Shown here in pieces: positions 1 to 5,782 of a stretch of 11,474 nucleotides of DNA; position 1 is the first letter of the stretch; every line of letters starts with the position of its first letter. The stretch lies in UHGV virus genome UHGV-0044052; one strand, written 5' to 3'. The notes below the pieces were generated by a model. The model was not told the origin of the DNA. It worked only from the letters and a program-made list of their open reading frames with translations, and did no database searches. Both the position numbers and the translations under genes were made by a program. The stretch is from a virus.

Positions 1-413
1 GAGATAACCTTACACTGGTAACAACGGGCGCGGTGATGCGGCATTTACGTTGGGCAATGCCGGAGGCGTTGTTGATATCAGTACGTATGAATATACCTTG
101 CTGGATAATGGCAACCATAGCTGGAGTCTCGCAGAGAATCGCGCACAAATGCCCCCTTCAACCACGGATGTGCTGAATATGGCGGCAGCACAACCGCTGG
201 TATTTGATGCAGAACTGGACACCGTGCGTGAGCGTCTTGGTAGCGTAAAGGGCGGCGATGTGGAGTTCGGCAATTAACAGCCGCAACAACGTGACCACTG
301 ATGCAGGCGCTGGCTTTGAGCAAACATTGACGGGGCTAACGCTTGGTATCGACAGCCGTTTCTCCCGTGAAGAAAGCAGCACAACTCAGGCGGGTGTAGT
401 CTGGACGTTCTGA
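1..413 (+). pseudogene. 3' remnant of an outer-membrane beta-barrel (autotransporter-like) gene, reading frame broken
   Basis: Two consecutive plus-strand frames: one runs from the window edge to the stop at 275-277, the other from ~249 to the stop at 411-413 and ends ...QAGVVWTF with alternating hydrophobic/aromatic residues and a terminal Phe, typical of a beta-barrel C-terminal strand. Continuity needs a frameshift near 250-277. Family assignment is tentative. Confidence 0.3.
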
Positions 414-473
414 TAACAGAAAATAAACAGGCCGTGATGTGTCGCTGTCTGTTTATCGAATTAAATGCAGATA

Positions 474-506
474 TAAAAAAACCAACCGCAATAGGTTGGT
501 TTTCTT
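474..506. terminator. Bidirectional rho-independent terminator
   Basis: Stem ACCAACC (481-487) / GGTTGGT (494-500) with a 6-nt loop, flanked by an A-run upstream (ataaaaaa) and a T-rich run downstream (ttttcttgggattttt), so it can terminate on either strand. Confidence 0.6.
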
Positions 507-916
507 GGGATTTTTGGTCCACGAGAGTAGTTTAATTGAGCGTGTAACTTCATGATTTAAAATAATGTATATGATTCAACTTTTAAACCGTATAACCAAA
601 CGTATAACTAAAATGATTTGCTGAAAAAATGCACAATTCAGGGTCGGATTTTCCCGGATGTTTAATTTATAAAAACGAAGCTGGTGGATGATCTGCGTGG
701 TGATTTCCACCATTCAGAGCAGGGGCGGTCATCATGCCCATGCCATAACAAAAACCCCATATTCGTGGTTTTTCTGTGTTGTGGCTATTCTGCCGTTGCC
801 GTGCTGGTGGATATTTCCGTTATGGGGATCACCATATCGGCATCATGCCCACCAGCCAGCGCAATTTTGCGCTTTGCTTTAAGTTCAGCAAGTTACCGCG
901 CCGGATTACGCCAATG

Positions 917-1101
917 GCTGTTTCCGAAAGAATCAACGGGTTAGGCCTTAATGGGCTGCGTGGTAATTATCAGCATCCAGAATATGACGGGTTATGTTTC
1001 CGACCTCCTCAATTTGAGGTTCCCGAAAATATCAACGGGTTAGGCTGGTTTCCCCGATGTTCGCCGCTGGCGAATTTCGAAAATATCAACCAGTTACCGC
1101 C
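917..1101 (+). repeat. Three imperfect ~25-bp direct repeats (core GAAA(G/A)(A/T)ATCAAC(G/C)(G/A)GTTA(G/C)(G/C)C)
   Basis: Copies at ~917-943 (ttccgaaagaatcaacgggttaggc), ~1019-1047 (tcccgaaaatatcaacgggttaggc) and ~1073-1101 (ttcgaaaatatcaaccagttaccgc). A CCTCAA-t-TTGAGG palindrome lies at ~1007-1019. No convincing ORF covers them. Confidence 0.6.
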
Positions 1102-1375
1102 GCAACCGCTCCGGCTTCTTCCAGTGGTATGTAATTTTCTCCGTTTCCCGATACAGTGCCACGCGGCGATTGTAGGCCAGCATTTCAAGAACGCGGATCC
1201 GTATGTTGCGCATATCCACATCATTAAGCTGGATACCATCACGGCGCATCACCTCAGCAACAACACGCGCATAATTTTCGGCTGTCACGCTGTCCGGCTG
1301 CGTGGCCTGTTCGTCAGTCTGCTGGCTGATTCCACCAGCACGGCGGATTAATCCCAGTATTTCGGCTTCTGTCAT
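1094..1375 (-). CDS. Hypothetical protein (93 aa) adjacent to cos A
   Basis: ORF of 93 codons with non-repetitive composition, ATG at 1375 with a weak SD. The overlapping plus-strand 191-aa ORF looks like an antisense artefact. No recognisable family. Confidence 0.45.
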   Translation of the reverse strand: MTEAEILGLIRRAGGISQQTDEQATQPDSVTAENYARVVAEVMRRDGIQLNDVDMRNIRIRVLEMLAYNRRVALYRETEKITYHWKKPERLRR

Positions 1376-1408
1376 TGTGCACCCATCGTTCTGATTGTCT
1401 GGTGTCGT

Positions 1409-1631
1409 CGGGTCCTTCCTGGAATTATGGACCCGTTACGGGGCGGCGACCTCGCGGTTTTTATCTGTTTATGAAAATTTTTCTGGAAAAAGCATGTCGG
1501 TACTTCTCGAACATAACTATTTGTTTTTAAATAGATACACAATAAAAAGAAACGACACGGTAATCATCTAAAATGGCGATTTATGACGCTTTCATGTCGT
1601 TTCTCAGTTTTGTTCAATAATTGCGCGTCTG
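1409..1631 (+). other. Lambda-type cos site (cos A): cosQ-like, cosN, cosB-like region with R-site-like motifs
   Basis: cgggtccttcctggaattatggacccgttacg | GGGCGGCGACCT (1441-1452) | cgcggtttttatctgtttatgaaaattttt closely matches the lambda cos junction as recalled. Downstream GAAACGACA (1548-1560) and TGTCGTTTCTC (1595-1605) resemble lambda cosB R2/R1 Nu1-binding sites. Confidence 0.8.
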
Positions 1632-2174
1632 TTACTCGCCTTTCTTCTGTAGCAACTTTTCCGGTACGTTTCCGGTTGTTTCTTTCAAGTAATCAGCCAG
1701 TATCTGTGGGAGGTTGTCGGCAACTCTGGCACTGGCATTACAGGCTTTAACCACTTCCCTTTTAAGCCTATCCAGCATGGCGGGGGTAATCTGTGGGAAG
1801 CTCCTTTGCATAGTAAGCGGGAGGCTGTCCATGATTGATGAAATCTGACTCGCCAGCTTTGAAAGCGCGTACAGGCAAAACTCAGTATCAATCACGTCAC
1901 CGCGATCGCGCTCGTTTTTAAGTTCCTGCGCCTCCGCCTGTGCTGTCAGTAATCTGATCCTGACTCGTAAGAGTTCATCATCATCAATATCGCCTTTGTC
2001 GTTTGTAAGCTGGCTAATTGCATTGTTAACCCTATTGTCTATCACGCTGGCAACATCGTAAAACGCCTCACGGCCTTTACGTTCAACGGGAGTCACTCCC
2101 CACTTGTCGAACGCTGTCGCACTTACACGGCAGCTTTTCGCCATGTTTTTTTTGTTCATCAGGTGCGATTTCAT
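1632..2174 (-). CDS. Terminase small subunit, lambda Nu1 family
   Basis: 180-aa product. N-terminus MNKKNMAKSCRVSATAFDKWGVTPV resembles the Nu1 winged-HTH start (VNKKQLADIFGASIRTIQNWQEQGMPV). Central LLTAQAEAQELKNERDRGDVIDTEFCLYALSKLASQISSIMDSLPLTMQRSFP aligns with Nu1 LTRAQADAQELKNARDSAEVVETAFCTFVLSRIAGEIASILDGLPLSVQRRFP. Similar length to Nu1 (181 aa). Comparison is from memory, not a search. Confidence 0.85.
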   Translation of the reverse strand: MKSHLMNKKNMAKSCRVSATAFDKWGVTPVERKGREAFYDVASVIDNRVNNAISQLTNDKGDIDDDELLRVRIRLLTAQAEAQELKNERDRGDVIDTEFCLYALSKLASQISSIMDSLPLTMQRSFPQITPAMLDRLKREVVKACNASARVADNLPQILADYLKETTGNVPEKLLQKKGE

Positions 2175-2350
2175 TAATACACCAACTTAATTACTGCTTC
2201 AGGTTGGTGTATTGTTTGCATCTTTCCCTTTTCATTCATAAAGATAGAGCAAACAACAAAACCACCACCACCCCCCTGAAAAAGCTCATAAATAGCGAAA
2301 AACCGCGAGGTCGCCGCCCCGTAACGGGCCATAATTCCAGGAAGGACCCG
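2175..2350 (-). other. Second cos site (cos B), inverted relative to cos A, directly upstream of the TerS gene
   Basis: Minus strand reads cgggtccttcctggaattatggcccgttacg | GGGCGGCGACCT | cgcggtttttcgctatttatgagc. The cosN complement aggtcgccgccc is at 2308-2319. It forms a ~54-bp near-perfect inverted repeat with 1409-1462 (one indel). The cosB-equivalent region differs from cos A and contains a 9-bp-stem hairpin (tacaccaac / gttggtgta) just before the TerS start. Confidence 0.75.
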
Positions 2351-2376
2351 CAAAAAAGCCGGATTTCTCCGGCCTT
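2350..2376 (-). terminator. Rho-independent terminator after the 137-aa ORF
   Basis: Hairpin GCCGGA-tttc-TCCGGC (2358-2373) followed on the minus strand by a T-run (plus-strand aaaaaa at 2352-2357). Confidence 0.6.
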
Positions 2377-2379
2377 GTC

Positions 2380-2793
2380 TCAGATGGTTTTCAGTATGCG
2401 ATCGATGTCGCCGTCATCGCCTGGGTTTCTGCCATCGTATGCCATGCCAGCTGATACGGTTTGTGGGCTGTGCATGTCCATAAAGTTTTCAAAGGCTGCG
2501 GTAAGCTCTGGTGCAACCTTCGGGCGTTCCTGCTCTATGGTCATGTTCAGGATGTTTTTAGCCGTATCAACATCGATACAAGGCACGTTTGCCATTGCAC
2601 GCAACAGCGGCTGATAGTCTTTATGCTCATGAAGCGCCATAATCGCATCAGCGCGCGGCTTGTCCTGCTCTTCCAGTTTGTTGAGTTGATATACGGCCTC
2701 GTAGGTTGATAAACCTCTGTCAGCCATTGCCCGCGCTTCGGCTTTAAATTTACTCGCCAGCGGTAGCGCCATGATGCTTTCATTCGTTGCCAT
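2380..2793 (-). CDS. Hypothetical protein (137 aa) in the head module
   Basis: ORF with a strong SD (GGGGGA) 4-5 nt upstream of the ATG at 2793, immediately downstream of the decoration gene. No recognisable family. Confidence 0.6.
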   Translation of the reverse strand: MATNESIMALPLASKFKAEARAMADRGLSTYEAVYQLNKLEEQDKPRADAIMALHEHKDYQPLLRAMANVPCIDVDTAKNILNMTIEQERPKVAPELTAAFENFMDMHSPQTVSAGMAYDGRNPGDDGDIDRILKTI

Positions 2794-2805
2794 CGTTCCC
2801 CCTGC

Positions 2806-3093
2806 TTATCGGGCCAGCGGCTGAACGGATACGCCAGAACCCGCAAAGGCGGCGCATTTTTTCGCATCGGTGTCGACGCTCTCAGGCCAGTTAACGGCGG
2901 CAATATTGAATATCCCCGTCTTGTAACACTGTGCTGATTTCTGCTTTGACGTGTCCACGAGGTACGAAGTCAGATAAACAGCCTTGCCAGATTCCTGACC
3001 ATCCCACGGCTTAAACTCGCCATTGTCCGCCAGCATCAGCGGCAAAATGTACCAGCGTCGTGGATACCTGCTGACTGCCTGCAAATAACTCAA
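2806..3093 (-). CDS. Head decoration protein, lambda gpD-like (start uncertain)
   Basis: LPLMLADNGEFKPWDGQESGKAVYL...YKTGIFNIAAVNWPESVDTDAKKCAAFAGSGVSV aligns with lambda gpD [27 protein letters not shown]...[35 protein letters not shown]. The ORF as drawn starts at a TTG. The only SD-preceded ATG nearby (3109) is in another frame. Confidence 0.7.
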   Translation of the reverse strand: MSYLQAVSRYPRRWYILPLMLADNGEFKPWDGQESGKAVYLTSYLVDTSKQKSAQCYKTGIFNIAAVNWPESVDTDAKKCAAFAGSGVSVQPLAR

Positions 3094-3120
3094 TGTATGG
3101 AGTGTCCATAGAATCCCCCG

Positions 3121-4176
3121 TTAAGCAATTTTGACGGTAACAAATTTGCGAATATCTGCCGGAACCGGCTGCGGTGCGCTGTGCGTCTGCACGTACTCAA
3201 TCGCCGGATCGCCGTCCTCAATCCAGTTTTTCGGGTAGTACATGTTTTGCGTTGCGCCTGTTCTTACCGCTTCCTGATCCATAATCGCACCATAGGCCAC
3301 CAGCCCTTTGTTGTTGGTGTTGCCCAGGACCAGCAAATCAGGATCAAGGAAATATTTTTCTGTGCCGTCGCTGTCAGTGTATTTGCCGGAATAGACGATA
3401 AGGGCAATATCGCCCAGATAGCCTTTAAAGCTCACCACTTCGCCCAGGTTTTTACAGGCCAGCTCTGCGGCGGACTCTGAACCACGGGAAAGATCGTACA
3501 GCTCACGGAATTTTTTAAAGCTGCGTAACGTTCGCCATACCTCAACGCCCATAATCATGACGTTTGCGGGGCAACCAGCCTGATCGGCGTATAGTTCGAT
3601 ATCATAGATTGGATCGTGGGTTTCTTTGTCCTGCTCTGACCATTTTTTCCCGTCGGCCTGCTCTATGATGTTTTTTTCCGGTATCTTCCAGTCGATTTCA
3701 TAGCGCTCTATGCCTTCGCCCTCAATGATGTTTTTTCCGGTCGTTACCGCATTTACCGCCAGCCATTCCACGCGCGCTTTTATGGCGTTTATCTGGCGGC
3801 GCATATTGCCAGTAATCAGGCGCATACGGCGATAGGTAGGGTCGTTAAGCTGTGCCGGATCTTCTCCAGCCATGCGCATGATGGTTTTCGTTGGATCGAT
3901 TTCGTGCTTTGGCTTCATGTAGCCAGGTTTAATCGTGCTGGTTTCGTACCCTTTATCGCGCTGAACCTGGCTACCCACCATAGGCGAACAAAACGCCGAC
4001 ATGGTGACTTCTTCAATGTCCAGGGTATCCAGCATGATGTTTTGCGTGTTGAATGTCGCCACGTTCGGGAAAAACAGCGCGGTAAACAGCGGACTAAATT
4101 TAAATTCCGCAATATCCTCGCGATTCAGGTACGCGAAAAGCTGGTGTGTGTTAAGTGCCATTGCTTTGACTGCCAT
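3121..4176 (-). CDS. Major capsid protein, lambda gpE-like (HK97 fold)
   Basis: 351-aa product with conserved blocks shared with lambda gpE along its length: EFKFSPLFTALFF / KFKFDPLFLRLFF, KPGYMKPKHEIDP / TPGYVKPKHEVNP, DPTYRRMRLI / DPAYRRRRII, GDIALIVYSGKY / GDVAIVVYSGQY, YYPKNWIEDGDPA / RYPKNWVTTGDPA, SAP near the C-terminus. Confidence 0.9.
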   Translation of the reverse strand: MAVKAMALNTHQLFAYLNREDIAEFKFSPLFTALFFPNVATFNTQNIMLDTLDIEEVTMSAFCSPMVGSQVQRDKGYETSTIKPGYMKPKHEIDPTKTIMRMAGEDPAQLNDPTYRRMRLITGNMRRQINAIKARVEWLAVNAVTTGKNIIEGEGIERYEIDWKIPEKNIIEQADGKKWSEQDKETHDPIYDIELYADQAGCPANVMIMGVEVWRTLRSFKKFRELYDLSRGSESAAELACKNLGEVVSFKGYLGDIALIVYSGKYTDSDGTEKYFLDPDLLVLGNTNNKGLVAYGAIMDQEAVRTGATQNMYYPKNWIEDGDPAIEYVQTHSAPQPVPADIRKFVTVKIA

Positions 4177-4382
4177 TATTCACCCCCATGAGTCTGATTT
4201 ATGCCCAGCGCCGCGCGTAAATAGGAGCGTACCTGCCAGCCTGTTGACGGCTCAACCATCGCCAGCGGATCAAGTCCTGCCGCAATGCCTGCTTTTACGT
4301 TCTGCTGGTGGCGTTCCTTGAGCGCCTTCACGATGTCGGGGCTTATGTACACCGAAACACCGCCTTTTTTCTCTTCAGCCAT
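4176..4382 (-). CDS. Hypothetical protein (68 aa), first gene of the late operon
   Basis: ORF with SD AAGAGGA upstream of the ATG at 4382. Its stop overlaps the capsid gene start (TAATG), suggesting translational coupling. No recognisable family. Confidence 0.5.
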   Translation of the reverse strand: MAEEKKGGVSVYISPDIVKALKERHQQNVKAGIAAGLDPLAMVEPSTGWQVRSYLRAALGINQTHGGE

Positions 4383-4417
4383 AGTAAGAAATTCCTCTTT
4401 GACTTAAAAAATCATAA

Positions 4418-4466
4418 CTGGATGTTCATCCAGCTCTGATTATAATCATGATTGCATTTTGTGCAA
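4418..4466 (-). promoter_or_regulatory. Putative late (head operon) promoter with palindromic operator
   Basis: On the minus strand, TTGCAC (plus 4461-4466) - 16 bp - TATAAT (plus 4439-4444), followed by the inverted repeat CTGGATG-nn-CATCCAG (4418-4433) at the predicted transcription start. An ATTGCA-n-TGCAAT palindrome overlaps the -35. Confidence 0.45.
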
Positions 4467-4545
4467 TGATGTTGAGTTGCGTTGCAAATTATGAAATGAT
4501 TATCCCGATCATGTGTGTCAGTGCACCAAAAAGCCTCATATGCAA

Positions 4546-4586
4546 AAGCCCGATAAGCCACCTCTGACCTTATCGGGCTTTTTTAT
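4546..4586. terminator. Strong hairpin, likely insulating terminator between replication and late modules
   Basis: Perfect 11-12-bp stem AAGCCCGATAAG / CTTATCGGGCTT with a T-run (tttttt) on the plus strand and a shorter U-run on the minus strand. Confidence 0.5.
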
Positions 4587-4599
4587 CTGCCTGCAAAGA

Positions 4600-4760
4600 T
4601 GTCGAACGAAAATTAACCACAACCATCATCTTTTTTGCATCAAAACAATTAAAAACAATAAATTACGCTCATGATGATGATGACGATAAAATCACAAAAA
4701 TGCGCTTTTTTCCGCGCCTCCCGCCCCGTGTTCAGGCCCACCCCGCCAGGAGGACCCGTA
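4600..4760 (-). other. Degenerate cos-like relic (third copy)
   Basis: On the minus strand, ...acgggtcctcctggcgggg...acggggcgggaggcgcgg resembles cosQ-cosN but the cosN core is disrupted (GGGGCGG-GAGG-CGCGG versus GGGGCGGCGACCTCGCGG). Downstream, atcgtcatcatcatcatgagcgtaatttattgtttttaattgtttt resembles the lambda cosB I1 region (tcgtcataacttaatgtttttatttaaaat). Confidence 0.5.
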
Positions 4761-4782
4761 AAAAAGCCGGATTGCTCCGGTT
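4758..4782 (-). terminator. Rho-independent terminator after ssb
   Basis: Hairpin GCCGGA-ttgc-TCCGG with a T-run on the minus strand (plus-strand aaaaaa at 4760-4765). About 35 bp here nearly repeat 2337-2376. Confidence 0.55.
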
Positions 4783-4797
4783 TCTGTCACTCGTCGC

Positions 4798-5220
4798 TTA
4801 AAACGGTATGTTATCCCCGTACGGATCATCATTCCCCGCCTGTTGTTTTGCCCTGTTCAGCGCGTCAGTAGCCTGGCCCTGTTGACCTTTTTTGCCGCCC
4901 AGTCGCGCCGTTCGCGCACTGATTACACTGTCTGCGATAACCTGCCAGCCCTGCCGCGTTTCTCCGTTCTGCCCAGTCCACTGGCTGATCTGCATGTTAC
5001 CCGCCACGCTCAGGAGTTCACCCTTGCGGTGCCTTTCCAGTGCTTCGGCCTGTCTGCCAAATGCCAGGACGGATAACCACATCGTCGCCGTTCCGTCATC
5101 TGCCTGGCTGCACGGAAGGGGGACCGCCATACGCGCCAGCGTCATCGGTGTGCCCTTGCTGGTCTGTTTTACCTGCGGGTCGTCCACCAGCCGCCCGTAA
5201 GCGGCTATCTGTGCTGTCAT
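4798..5220 (-). CDS. ssb: Single-stranded DNA-binding protein (SSB)
   Basis: 140-aa product with an OB-fold-like pattern (GRLVDDPQV...TMWLSVLAFGRQAEAL...KGELLSVAGNMQISQWTGQNGETRQGWQVIADSV) comparable to E. coli SSB, a Gly/Gln-rich linker and an acidic C-terminal tail ending DNIPF (SSB ends DDDIPF). SD GAGAGGTGG present. Start overlaps the upstream ORF stop (ATGA). Confidence 0.85.
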   Translation of the reverse strand: MTAQIAAYGRLVDDPQVKQTSKGTPMTLARMAVPLPCSQADDGTATMWLSVLAFGRQAEALERHRKGELLSVAGNMQISQWTGQNGETRQGWQVIADSVISARTARLGGKKGQQGQATDALNRAKQQAGNDDPYGDNIPF

Positions 5221-5495
5221 GATTCCACCTCTCCGGTTTTAACGTTGATGGTTGTTACCTGTTCCGCTTCGGCAATCTCCCGTTCTGTCAGCGTGGCAAA
5301 GTTTGCCGCTGCTGTGGTCATGAATGCGCTTATCAGGTCGGGATGTTCCTTCGCGTATCCTTCCCCTACGTGTCGGTCTATCGTTCTGATTGCCACCTTT
5401 AAAGCGTGCTCTGTCATGTCTAACGCGCGATATTTCGGTTCTGTTCTGTCTCTGCGTTTTTTGAGTGATTTATTAAATTTCCCTGAAGTGTGCAT
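5217..5495 (-). CDS. Hypothetical protein (92 aa), co-transcribed with ssb
   Basis: ORF overlapping the ssb start by ATGA, begins just downstream of the iteron region. No recognisable family. Confidence 0.5.
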   Translation of the reverse strand: MHTSGKFNKSLKKRRDRTEPKYRALDMTEHALKVAIRTIDRHVGEGYAKEHPDLISAFMTTAAANFATLTEREIAEAEQVTTINVKTGEVES

Positions 5496-5542
5496 ATTTA
5501 TTTTTACCCCCTCGTTTAAAAAGTTTTGAGTTGTGCCTCCCC

Positions 5543-5767
5543 TTGTCTACCTATCTACCTTAGTGGCCCTCATGCCAGTAATGGCGCGGCTTTCAGCGGG
5601 GTAGAGTGCTTTTATCCACTATCTACCCCGTGTCTACCTCCCTGTCTGATTCAGGTAAAATCAGGTAGAGAGGGTAGATAGTGGGTAGACAGTAAAAAAA
5701 GGCTATCTACCTAACTTAATGCACTGAATTAAATGTATTTTTCTTTACTCAGGTAGACAGGGTAGAC
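5543..5767. repeat. Iteron array, putative origin of replication
   Basis: Eleven copies of the 7-8-mer GGTAGA(C/T/G)(A) in both orientations: forward at ~5600, 5664, 5673, 5684, 5752, 5761; reverse (TCTACC) at ~5545, 5553, 5621, 5632, 5705. An AT-rich stretch lies at 5693-5750. Immediately downstream of the primase gene 3' end. Confidence 0.7.
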
Positions 5768-5782
5768 AGCCATTGCAACAAA

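Noticed and set aside
776-1351. 191-aa plus-strand ORF overlapping the 93-aa minus-strand ORF and the direct repeats
   Set aside because: Cys/Trp/Arg-rich composition, no SD, and it runs through the repeat array. It is more likely an open frame antisense to real features. Confidence in the opposing 93-aa ORF is itself only moderate.
2204-2709. Plus-strand ORFs (136 and 82 aa) overlapping cos B and the 137-aa ORF
   Set aside because: They run through the cos inverted repeat and terminator hairpin and are antisense to an SD-supported gene, so they are likely spurious.
3181-4321. Plus-strand ORFs (99, 95, 106 aa) inside the major capsid gene
   Set aside because: Antisense to a capsid gene that matches lambda gpE along its whole length. 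No independent start signals.
4671-5222. Plus-strand ORFs (66, 77, 102, 60 aa) over the cos relic and ssb
   Set aside because: Pro/Ser/Cys-rich, antisense to the ssb gene, or lying within the degenerate cos/terminator region. No start signals.
5543-5767. Possible CRISPR array suggested by dense short repeats
   Set aside because: The repeat unit is only 7-8 bp, occurs in both orientations with irregular spacing and no spacer-like unique segments. This is an iteron field, not a CRISPR array.
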